NCBI GenBank assembly: GCA_050575255.1
Contig: JBNZDD010013714.1
Location: 5,053,600-5,117,599, forward strand
DNA length: 64,000 nt
Source: Harriotta raleighana
Taxonomy: Eukaryota
Reading direction: 5' to 3'
Shown one piece after another: positions 25,541 through 36,098 of this stretch (position 1 is the stretch's first letter; each line of letters starts with the position of its first letter). The position numbers and the translations under genes are program-made. The notes beneath the pieces are model-generated. The model saw only the letters and a list, made by a program, of their open reading frames with translations, ran no database searches and was not told the DNA's origin.

Positions 25541-26134
25541 TAATTATTATTATATTCATAGGCTGATTAATATTACATATTTATATTTTATTTGATCAAC
25601 TCCACATGATTTTTAAATTTGCAACTTTAAAGTCCATGTATACCAATGAGAAATACTCAATATTTTCACCTTAAATATTAATAATGAAGTCCCAAACCGC
25701 AGCCATTCATACCTGCCACTTTGTCAAACATAAGCAAATGTAGTAGTGCAAACCTCCCATGGGTTGGCACAGAAAACATGGAAACAATTGGATGAGCTCC
25801 TTCAATTCAATTGCTCTTATCTGTCTTAAATTAAGCGGACATTTGACCAAAGAAAACAAAAACCAGCAAGAGGTCCGGTAAGCTGCTTACTTCTCTCTCG
25901 CACAAACACTGACTCCCACGAGCTTGCAGTCTCCCACACTGTCTATCCATCAATCACAAGAGAGATGAGGATTGTCATCAGGAGTGGATCAGAGAAAAGA
26001 GCAACTCTGTATAATTCTAAAATGTAGTTCATTTACGTGGGTAAATGCATTGTTACCTTGTGGAAGTGAAGCATACAGAACAGGAAGTATGAAGCTTAGA
26101 CTTAGGTTTGTGTTGTTATCTGATCTCAGCAAGG

Positions 26135-26251
26135 GGTTTTGTGGAGACATTGGTGGCTTTAATCTTCAAAGAAGTATAATTTCTGATGTTGGCACAGGTA
26201 TGATGGGCTGAATGGTCTCTTTTCAGATGTGCACATTTCTACAATTCTATG
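26135..26251 (+). mobile_element. Decayed CR1 3' UTR
   Basis: GGCACAGGTATGATGGGCTGAATGGTCTC...TTCTACAATTCTATG, similar to the end of the 52537-53455 element. Confidence 0.65.
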
Positions 26252-27248
26252 GTGCAGATGTGTATATCGTGCAATGAATGAGAAAAAGAATGTAGACAGA
26301 CTGAATTTATGCTTATGTGTACCTTTTCCTTATCAGATTTGCTCTGGGAACTATATTCTGTTTTATTAAAATTCATAGTGCTCTAATTAAACTTATATTA
26401 CTACCAGGAATTGTATCCCATTGCAGCCCAGTGACTGCACCATGATGCATTTTCTTTGATTTTTTAATGGAGTAAATTCCCATTTAATAACAAACCACAA
26501 CAGAAGACTTGAGTCAAAAGCCTAGCTTTTCATCTCCACTGGATCCCAATAGATGGACTAGCAAAATGGTAATTGTGAAAATGTGCTGACAAGCATTTCT
26601 CTCTCCAATTTCTATCACAAAGGAACCATTAGTCACATGACTAATATTTTGCTCTTTGAATTGGTTTCCATCACAACATCCCATTTCTATTGCATTTAAA
26701 AGAAATTGCCAAACTTTGCAATGTGTTTGGAAGCTGAAAATATGAATCTTGGACATCTGTAACACATGGAATCTATTTGTTTACCGAATACGATTTAAAT
26801 TAATGTCAAAATAATTAAGTGTCGGTGTTACATGATACCTTGATGACAGAAAACCACTGATGATAAATTCAACATGCTAAAACTGTATGTTTGTTCTTCA
26901 ATGTTGTTAGAATCGGTTGTGCAAATGGCTCTTTATAAAAAAAAATCTCTCAATAGTTGCTGAGCTGCCCAGGGCTATCTGCCTTTTATTTTCCTGTAGA
27001 CTGAACTATAAGGGGACATCGTTTTGAGCCATGTACAGAAGTCATGCTGCCCCATTAAAATGGTAGCTCTATATTGGAATCTAAACCTGATGTATCCCAA
27101 TTTATATATACCTTATTTGAATCAATGGCCATCATTGAACTAAAATTCTTTGGAATGAAAGCTGGGAATACTGTAAAAGCATCTGCTTTGCTTTGCTTTT
27201 GCTTGTACTTGCCCACAGGGATGGATAGAATATAAAAGAGCCACTTAC

Positions 27249-27326
27249 CTCAATGCTGTTCTCACACAGCTCTCTGCATCTGGTTCCACAGCAACTTTGG
27301 CGGAGACGATAGTGACACTGGGAAAC
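27249..27326 (-). other. Candidate 78-nt internal exon of an unidentified minus-strand transcript
   Basis: Pyrimidine-rich acceptor TTTATTTTCTCTATTAAACCTCTATTGCAG and consensus donor GAG|GTAAGT; length divisible by 3; two open frames; no recognised protein. Confidence 0.4.
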
Positions 27327-27359
27327 CTGCAATAGAGGTTTAATAGAGAAAATAAATGA

Positions 27360-27532
27360 ACTTAAAATTAGGGTTATAAAGAAAAATGCCCTGTTACCTC
27401 ATCTGTTCATAACTTCAAAAGATCACAATGTGGGCTTGGATAAAGAAGGCCGTTNACTTAAAATTAGGGTTATACCTCATCTGTTCATAACTTCAAAAGA
27501 TCACAATGTGGGCTTGGATAAAGAAGGCCGTT
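27360..27532. other. Assembly join (N at 27455) with duplicated flanks
   Basis: 27360-27454 repeated at 27456-27532, the second copy lacking 18 bp AAGAAAAATGCCCTGTTA. Confidence 0.85.
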
Positions 27533-27929
27533 CTGCCCATCTGATCCCATCCCTCTGGTTATGTGATTAACATAAGTAGTTTTTCTACAAATGTCATTAC
27601 ACTTGAAAGCACTATGAGATATTACATACACTTTATGCATTGCGAGGATCACTGTTATTAACAACCCTGGCATCACCAATTTCAAAACAAGAGATCTCAT
27701 TGACAATCTGCAGTGAGTCACTTGAAGCTCTTTGAGACATCTTCTCCATGTGAATGGTGCAATATCAAACACATCATGAATATTATTTGATTAAATGTAT
27801 AATACAAACCAGATAAAAGGCCACTTTAGTACAGTTATCTGATTGAATTTTCACCCCGGTCACCTTGAACGACAATTGCAAGGAAAATGAGTCTATTTAA
27901 TAAAAAGTGTGTAATTACCAAACTCACAT

Positions 27930-28124
27930 GTCGTCCCCTCTCTGGCCTCCTTCAAGTCCCGCCTGAAGGCCCTCTCCTTCGAAGGTCCCATTGGTCACTC
28001 CAAATCCCCCCCTTTTCCTCCACCCTCCCTGTCCCCAGCACAGGTCTGAAACAATGACTGTCCAGCACCTTGGGATGTCCTCTTGATGTGAAAGGCACTA
28101 TACAAGTGTAATTTTGTTGTTGTT
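27930..28124 (+). mobile_element. L2 3' end fragment
   Basis: CTCCTTCAAGTCCCGCCTGAAGGCCCT...CCTTGGGATGTCCTCTTGATGTGAAAGGCACTATACAAGTGTAATTTTGTTGTTG; homologous to the reverse complement of 4900-5100. Confidence 0.85.
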
Positions 28125-28260
28125 ATATACATTTATTGAACCATTCTGCTTCAGCTGTGATGAGCTCAGGCAAACCCAATAAAGCAGAACTCAGGGCTAA
28201 CTGCTCACGTCACTTCTCCAGAGATTCTGCTCTGAATCGGTAGTACTGTAGGGCATTCTA

Positions 28261-28578
28261 TAGTAATGATAATGATAATAATCCTTGCATTTGATATAGT
28301 GCTTTATACATCTTCTAGATGTCTCAAAGTGCTTCACAGAATATACTGCAAAGTGAATTGACTGTATATTTGTGGGCAAAACACAACAGCCAATTGCGCA
28401 CAGTCGTGTCCCACAAACTGTTGTGGATTACAATCATCAATTTGTTATTGTTTTTTTGAGGGATTATTATTAGGTGTGTGAAGTAAGGAAACTTGTCCAA
28501 GGTTTTGCCATCCCGGGAATCGAACCCATGGCTCTCGCTTGCGCGGCGAGTGCTATAATCACTGATCTACAGGACTCC
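28261..28578 (-). mobile_element. Full-length young tRNA-derived SINE
   Basis: B box GGGTTCGATTCCC (GGGAATCGAACCC on +); full family body and tail. Confidence 0.92.
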
Positions 28579-30710
28579 AATTTCAGTACTGTATAATTTC
28601 CCCAATAAACAAACAGGCATATTTTAATTGCATCATTTACATGAGCAAGGTTTCAATAGTCCTCCCACTGTGAAAGGCTCCACACAAATTACATTTTTTG
28701 TTGTTTGTTGATAGTACTGGTTTCATGAAAAATAACTGCTATCCTTTTATAAAATGTAATTGAAGAGTTATAGATCATTTATTTTTTTTAAAAAGGAAGA
28801 CAATTAAACAAGGAATAAAGCAAGGTAATACAGAATTTCTGAATTATCATTAATAACTAACTTGTTCATTCAGCTAAAAATGGGCCTATAGAATCACAAA
28901 CTTGTGAATCAATCATCTCACTGAATTGAGGGTAAAGTGTGTGATTGACAGAACAGAATGCAAGTTGAATGTGTTAGTCTTTCAGACTGCCTTTGGTTTG
29001 GGAAAAGAGCTATTGAAATTTATTTTCAGATAAACTTTCATTTTAAGAAGTGTTTTAGCTTTTTTCTTAAAGTGTACACCAAACAGCCACAGCTGCCTGT
29101 CTGTTTGAATCCATTCAACACACAGTTCTGCCAAGGTATCCTTTAAATAATTTCAGCTGTACTTCAAAGAAATAGTATATACACACACACACAGCCTTCA
29201 GCCAACTAGCTTTCAGCCATTAACTAAGGTATTATTAAATCAGCACTATTGTTTACCATGTGTTATAATAGTGATTAATATATCTTCATTACCAACACGT
29301 CTCTTTGTCATTATACATGCCTGCAGGTAAGATTAAGCATTGCTTTAATTAAGATACTATCACCAATGTCTTTTCCATCATGCTTTATAAACAACAATAT
29401 TTTAGCAAAAAGCGTTGTATTCTGGGAATATTTGTTTTAGCCTTGGGTTGGAAGAGCGTGGCCTAATTGTAACAAGAATGTTCCTAAATCTAAACAGCTG
29501 TCTTGCACTTCCTTAAATTTTCAGTAATTTGTAACTAACCTCAGGGTCATTCCAGGAAATAAGATGGTATTAGAGAAAGTGCAGACTACCGGCTTTTTAA
29601 ATATTTTTTTTACCTTGAGGACAACTGCTGCACTCCACTCAATGCTCTTCGAGTGAGCAGCGTCGCCCAGCGTCGCCAAACAAAAAGCTCTTTATTACAT
29701 TTCATATCAGTCAGAACTGTCTATCAAACAAACAACAGTTTAAACACCTGAACTGAATAATTCATTGCACACTGGCTCATTGTGTTGCTTTTGTTAGGTT
29801 TGCAAATTTTGTACAAAAGCTCCTATCAATTAACTTTGAAGTGGTTCAAGACAACTCCATTCCATCCGACTCCCCCCACCCCCCCACCACCCCCCATTTG
29901 GACTACGCATCTTGCAATTGTCACGAACGATCTTAAATATGGCAATAATTGCCTGTACAAATGTAATTCATCATATGGCATTTTCTATGCAATCTGGGAA
30001 CAATGTTAAAATAAACTCAGAGCTTTGAAACAGTAAATTGGAACCGTTTACTGACTAACTAAACACAATGGTCTGCTATGATGCCCTACCACATGATGCA
30101 AAGGCAATAAGTGTTCTGCTTCATCCAGGACTGCCTACTGACTCAATGCTGGCCAGGATTCCCTTGTAAAAAAAAATGGGCCAAAGGGGTTATAGATTAT
30201 AAAATGGTATTGTAAGCCAAGTACAGTATTCCAAATAATGTTTTACACAGGACTCTTTATTTTTTTTAACTGAATCGTTTTTCCTTATAAGCATTGCAAG
30301 AAGAAGGAATGCCACTATCCTGCGGCGAAAAAGATATAGTTACAAATTGAATTTCTCCCAAACAAAGCATCATCTGTTGTGATCACCAGAGCCCAGACTT
30401 TGTTTCTGAAGAGCATTATAAGAATTGCCAATTTTTTCCAAACTTTATTTTAAAAAAAATTAATTTCCCCTTTCTTTGTACAGTATATGATTCTCATCTT
30501 TAGATCAACGCTCCAACTGACCTGACCTGACTTTTTGCCTTTGGTGTGAAGAGGTCAGAGCGACTGCCTCCCATACTCCTGCTCTCCAATAAACCAGCCA
30601 TAAGGAGACACCCCAAGGCCTCAACCACCTGTGAATGTCCCCTTCAATAGTCGCTCCCATCCGGAACATACCTAAGGAGTCTGGTTGGAATGCGAGTGCA
30701 GACTAGAGAT

Positions 30711-30818
30711 GATAATCATAATAATCTTTGCTTTTGATCGTCTTATCACGTGCTTGAGATGTCTCAAAGCGCTTCACAGTGTATAAAGCGACATGGATTG
30801 ACTGTATTTTGTGGGTGA
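30711..30818 (-). mobile_element. SINE/L2-type tail fragment (variant subfamily)
   Basis: ATAATCTTTGC...TCACGTGCTTGAGATGTCTCAAAGCGCTTCACAG...TTGACTGTATTTTGTGGG. Confidence 0.6.
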
Positions 30819-30934
30819 GATCTAACCAAAGTTCATTCCTTACTCTGTGGCTGTGATCACTAGGACTCTTTCCAAATACTGTACTATTTTCTTTCCTGGT
30901 AATATCGCTGTATCACAACATTTGATGTTTTCAA

Positions 30935-31153
30935 GTTCAGAGAAGGGAATTTCTCCCAATGTCAATGGTCAACAATCTCCCAGTTAGAAGGGATCATTCA
31001 CTTCAACACTATTTGTGGGACATTGTGTGCAAATTGGCTGCCATATTCATCAACAAAATACATAGCCACTACACTTTACAGTAAATTCCTGTGAAGCACT
31101 TTGAGATATCCTCCCAATGTAAAATGAGCTATATTAAAAGCAGGGATTATTAC
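30935..31153 (+). mobile_element. Old DeuSINE 3' half
   Basis: TTTGTGGGACATTGTGTGCAAATTGGCTGCC...CTGTGAAGCACTTTGAGATATCCTCCCAATGT...GGGATTATTAC. Confidence 0.75.
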
Positions 31154-32384
31154 TTAAATTTTCATTTTGCACCTTGAATATTATTACCATTTAATTACTC
31201 AGTATATGATGTTATGCACTGTACCAGATGACTGACCGCCACATGGCATAAGATTACATGATTGATGCACTAAATATCCAAAGGATCCATAACAGGCAAT
31301 ATGCTCAGCAGAGCAGGTAAACATTTCAGATCATGGCGGAGACAGACAGTGCAGTGTAAAATGTACCACAAATTATAAATCATCATCTCTATCTGTGTTT
31401 CATATGAAGTGCAGCAAACAAAAATGATCTTTGGGACTCTTTATCTCTAAATAACTTCTGGAAAGTGTGAACACAAATATGTACAATAAAGATAACAAGA
31501 TCTAATGAGCCTCTTTGAAACATGGATGGTTCATCAACTGAGCATGCTCCAATTCTTATAATCCATTCGAGTCAGATTCCAAAAATAATTAATAAAAATT
31601 TGAACACAAATAAACACTTTCAACCCTTTCTGCTATACTGTACATATGTTGTAATTATATTTATCACATTGAATTGGGTTATTAAACATCACATTTTTCA
31701 CCACTAACATTTTTAAAGCCAAAGTTGCAAAACACACGATCAAAGTCTCATTCTCTTCCAGAATCCTTTTGTGCTTGTTGTTCACATTATTGAACAGCAC
31801 ATATAATTTACCGAGGAGAAAGTCATTTCCAGTAATACGGTTACCGTCTATATGTTCATTCCTTCGCATTGCAAAGTGGAGACATAGTTTCACTTGGCAA
31901 AAGAGTGACCTTGGCTTCGGAGACAGTACACATTAACCAGCTGGCTTCTAAAACCATAACAAATTACTTCTGAAAAACATTTTTGTTCCTACCTAGATGG
32001 TTATAATGCTCCAGTTCACATAATGTTGTTTGTGCCTAATGTCTATCCTCTTTAAAGTGATTGGTACCTCAAGGTATGGTATGCAAAAGATAACTCAACA
32101 TTTGTTATGCATAAATACATGCAAAGTCTGGTGTTGAAGGCATGTCAGAGAGCAATGTTAACGTTTCAGAGAACTGTGAACTGTATCATAACGGATAAAT
32201 AACACAGTCATGAATAAATGATGCAGGTCATCACTATCTGGAATACCTCAATAATATCCACCTCCCTTTTTGTTGATCAAATCACAGATTCTTTTTAAAC
32301 ATTTTTGTTATTTAAGTAAAATCCTGCATCTCATTTGACAGATTGAAGCAACCGCTATTGTTATTCTGTAGAAATTGATGACCT

Positions 32385-32594
32385 CAACGCTCATGTCTTG
32401 TGGAATACCCTCCTTCCACCTCTCCAGCTCACCCCTTCACTATCTGTCATTCAAATCCTGCGTAAAAAAAAACCTTCGACTATATCTATCAACAATTCTT
32501 ATCGCTCCTGAGTAGCATCTGATACTGTCCCTCTGTGAAAATCTCCAAGATGTTATCTTTACTCAAAGGTACGACATAAATGCATATTATTGTT
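32385..32594 (+). mobile_element. Old L2 3' fragment
   Basis: TGGAATACCCTCC...TTCAAATCC...CCTTCGAC...AAAGGTACGACATAAATGCATATTATTGTT. Confidence 0.55.
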
Positions 32595-33583
32595 CATTTC
32601 ACAGTTCAGATTGCAGTTTCATGAATATGACCCAAACTCATACAATCAGACAAAAAAGGGGGCTCAAGTATAATAAGGTTATCCAAAATATAATATTTCT
32701 TTGCACGCCACTCATATTGGCTGAAAATAGATGTTGATTTACAGATTATTTCTGAACCAAGCCATTTTTTGATTCTTACCATTGTTTGAAATATCATAAA
32801 ACACAATACACAGTCACAATGTGCTCATTCATGTCCTCCTTTGCACTGACTAAAAACAATGGGTTGCAAACAGCAGAGGCTTTTGTGGTTAATTCTGTCC
32901 ATGGCTTTCAATCTCCTATGCTTTTTGTCACTCAGGCCCCAACATTCCTGTGGTCTCTAACTTCAGCAACAATCTCAATGTCTCTGAACTGGGGTGGAAT
33001 GTTGGGAGATCACGCAAGTGGACAAATTGTCTATATTTAGCCCAATACACTAGAATTCCCCACTCCTCAACCGCTAGAGCAAAACATTAATTTGTCAAAA
33101 GAGAGTTAGAGGATAAAAAAAAGACAATTAAGCTTGTTTAAGGAACCTTACAGAATTGTAGAGTTGAGAAGGTACGGTGCAACAGAAAGTATTTAACACA
33201 AGATTTAACCTGCCATTAGTGAGCATGAAGATTGTTAAGACTATTACAAGGGGAAGACCATCAGTCGGTATATGGAAGGGCGAAGACATTGGGCACACTG
33301 TAAATATTTTCGTTGTCAATTAAAGTCTCCACTAAATGAGTTAATGGAAAAGGTAATTGAAGCAGTTCCTGCCCCTTACAACTCAATTCCTGCCCCTTGC
33401 ACCTCAATTTCAATTCAACACCTTTTGGGGGTAAGCCAAGTATCTTACACACGGAAAGCTTATGAATTTTTTTAAGAGTCTCCAAACCAAACAACTGAAT
33501 TATCCACATTTATACAGCTTCTGTCTGTCTGGTATGAAGTGCTTCCTCTCTTCCTCAAGGCATGCTCGAGGCCTATCCAATTG

Positions 33584-34272
33584 CAGTAAAACCCTGTTTA
33601 TCCTGCACCCACGGGACCTGGCCAGTGCGGTTAAATGGTTTTCCGGTTAAACGGGTAAAAAAAAATTTACATTTTTTTTAAAATTTAACATTATTTTAAC
33701 ACAGTGATAACAGATTACCAGTTCCCACCCTGTGCAAATACAGGAAGCTGCCATCCATATGCCGCTAACCCTCAGCAAGGGGAAGGCATGGTCAATTACT
33801 TGAAGCTTTCTTGCAAGGTATTTTGAATTGATTGAATAGACTGGACTTGCAGAGAGAGAGAGTACTCACACACACACGAATACACATGTAAATGTTGAAC
33901 AATACTATATAAATAATAGACTAAATACACTAATAACAGATACTATACTAACAGAATATTGTATTAGTACTTTATTATTTATACTTAACTTCTACAATAG
34001 CTACAAAAGGAGGAAAAAAAACGGGAAAACGGCACATTTTTAAAATAAAGGCAGTATCGCGAGTTTTAAAAAAATATATCAGTAGCCTGACTTTAGGCTC
34101 GACTCACAGCCACTGATATAACTGCTCTAGTACTCGTGTGCGCAATCCATTCATTAAATGCGTCTTCACTATTCTGCTGGATAACTTCAGGTTAATCGAA
34201 TCGGGACTTTTTTTTGAGATAGCGGTTAAAAGGGTTTTCTGGTTCATCGAGTCATGGATAAACAAGGTTTTA
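33584..34272. mobile_element. Non-autonomous Tigger/pogo-like DNA transposon, related to 17175-17584
   Basis: TIRs CAGTAAAACCCTGTTTATCC / GGATAAACAAGGTTTTA; shared subterminal GGGACCTG.CCAGTG and internal AATAGACTAAATA...AACAGAATATT. Confidence 0.75.
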
Positions 34273-35609
34273 AACAATTGCAGGTTGTCAAGAGAAGGTT
34301 GTGTATTTTGACCACAAAATACACAATCACTGCACTTTGCAATATATTCTGTGAAGTGCTTTGAAATGTCTTGAAGATGTTATAAGGTGCCAAATTATTT
34401 TATTAAGTACATAAATTATTAAATATAAATATTATTATTTTATTATTAATAAAAAAACACAAATACTATTATAGAAGAGACTTCACCTACCTAGAATTGA
34501 ACTAGCTAAAAATGTATACCATAAGAACACTGTAAAGCTTCTTGTCTAGTTAGGATCCATTCTACACATTGGACTTTGAGATGCAGAATTATTTTGGATC
34601 TGGAGCAGAAGGAAAAATCCAAGTCCCTCCCTCACCCTTCTTCAGTGACTGGTCAGCTCCTTCAACTCCTAACAACAAGCGAGGCTGTTGGTCCATCATC
34701 AACCGTGCCCTGGAGTATTGTGGACCTGCCTGGCTCAAGTATCTTACTGCCACAGAGGATCAACTTGATTGTAATGTTCCATTGCCAGATATGTCGCTTG
34801 GAGCCAACTCAGCACTAAAGTAACCCAGCGTACCTTCATCCTCTGCTCCCTGGGGTATAGTCACCACACTAAGCAGTGCATTGGAAGATTAATATCATTC
34901 CATTTTGCAGTATTTCCTCTACAACTGCCAGAGTGGATTTGTGCTAACACAATTTGGAGTTTGGGCATTATTTCGGCTGGTGTGGAAAAGATAATCTCAT
35001 TTTATTTTCATAATGTTTAATATACATTAAAATATTGAATATCACATCTGCAGAATTGCACAGAATTTTGAGCTGAATAGAAGGATATATATAACACACG
35101 CCCAACTGTGTTTAACATTGATCTTGGATACATTTTGTAAAATGCACACATTTTAAACTTTTCATGGGTGCTCTGATTTAAAATGGGATCAGAGATTTCT
35201 GCACAGAGATTAAAAGAGATGCAAAATAGTTACAGAATCCTTTTTGAAAATACAATCAAAATTACCTCTGTAAACTATAATATTGTAACAACCTAAGGCT
35301 AGAACTATGCTTTATGCTAGTGTTTATTTCTTTCGTGAATAATCAACTCTAGACATCATTGCTAACTCACAATTTTCATTGACAATTGCACACATAGGAA
35401 AACATCAATTAAAATAATTAAGTGGTTGAATGGAATCCATTAAGTTCAGTACTGGTTTTCCTTTACTTTTTATGCACTAAAATTAAGGCCCATTTGAACT
35501 CGGATTTAATTCCTCTCTATAGGAGAACTGCTTAGTTAGGAATGCACTTTATATCTTATGCCACACAGAAATTATGCAATTTTGAAATGTATTGGAATTC
35601 ATTAATAGT

Positions 35610-35675
35610 GTGAGTGTTCCCAGCGATTTCTGTTTTGTTTCAGATTTCCAGCATTTGCAGTTTTTCTTTATCCTT
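35610..35675. mobile_element. Penelope-like element terminal fragment
   Basis: TTTCTGTTTTGTTTCAGATTTCCAGCATTTGCAG resembles the common chondrichthyan Penelope-type terminus (recalled). Confidence 0.5.
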
Positions 35676-35691
35676 TTTGGTTTGTTTGCAG

Positions 35692-35859
35692 GACTTGGAG
35701 TGTCACTGACAGTGTGGATTCTTCCCACTCGGCTGCTGGTAAACCTACAAGCTAAAGTCCCAACGGGAAGGGTGATGTGAGCTGAACAAGCAGTCGGAAG
35801 CTTGCCAGACAGTGCTTTCAATGCCAGGCTAAGGAGTCTTAGCTGGTTAAACTCCAGCA
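35692..35859 (+). other. Candidate non-coding exon
   Basis: Strong polypyrimidine acceptor ...TTTGTTTGCAG and donor GCA|GTAAGT; stops in all three frames. Confidence 0.3.
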
Positions 35860-36036
35860 GTAAGTATTGTAAACACACACTCAAGCCTTGGCTCCTGCCA
35901 ACCAGCTCTAATATTCGCTGAAATTACGTATTCAAGGTTGGTCCCTCCACATTCATATCACCAGGAAATTTCCATACACTAGATGGCATACCTATATTTA
36001 TCTCCCCCCATTTTAGTTTCCAAACTATTTGTCATG

Positions 36037-36098
36037 GTGAGGCGCTCCGGATACTATCCTGCATGAACAGCGCTATATAAATGTAAATTGTTGTTGCT
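36037..36098 (+). mobile_element. L2/SINE tail remnant
   Basis: GTGAGGCGCTCCGGATAC...GCGCTATATAAATGTAAATTGTTGTTG. Confidence 0.55.
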
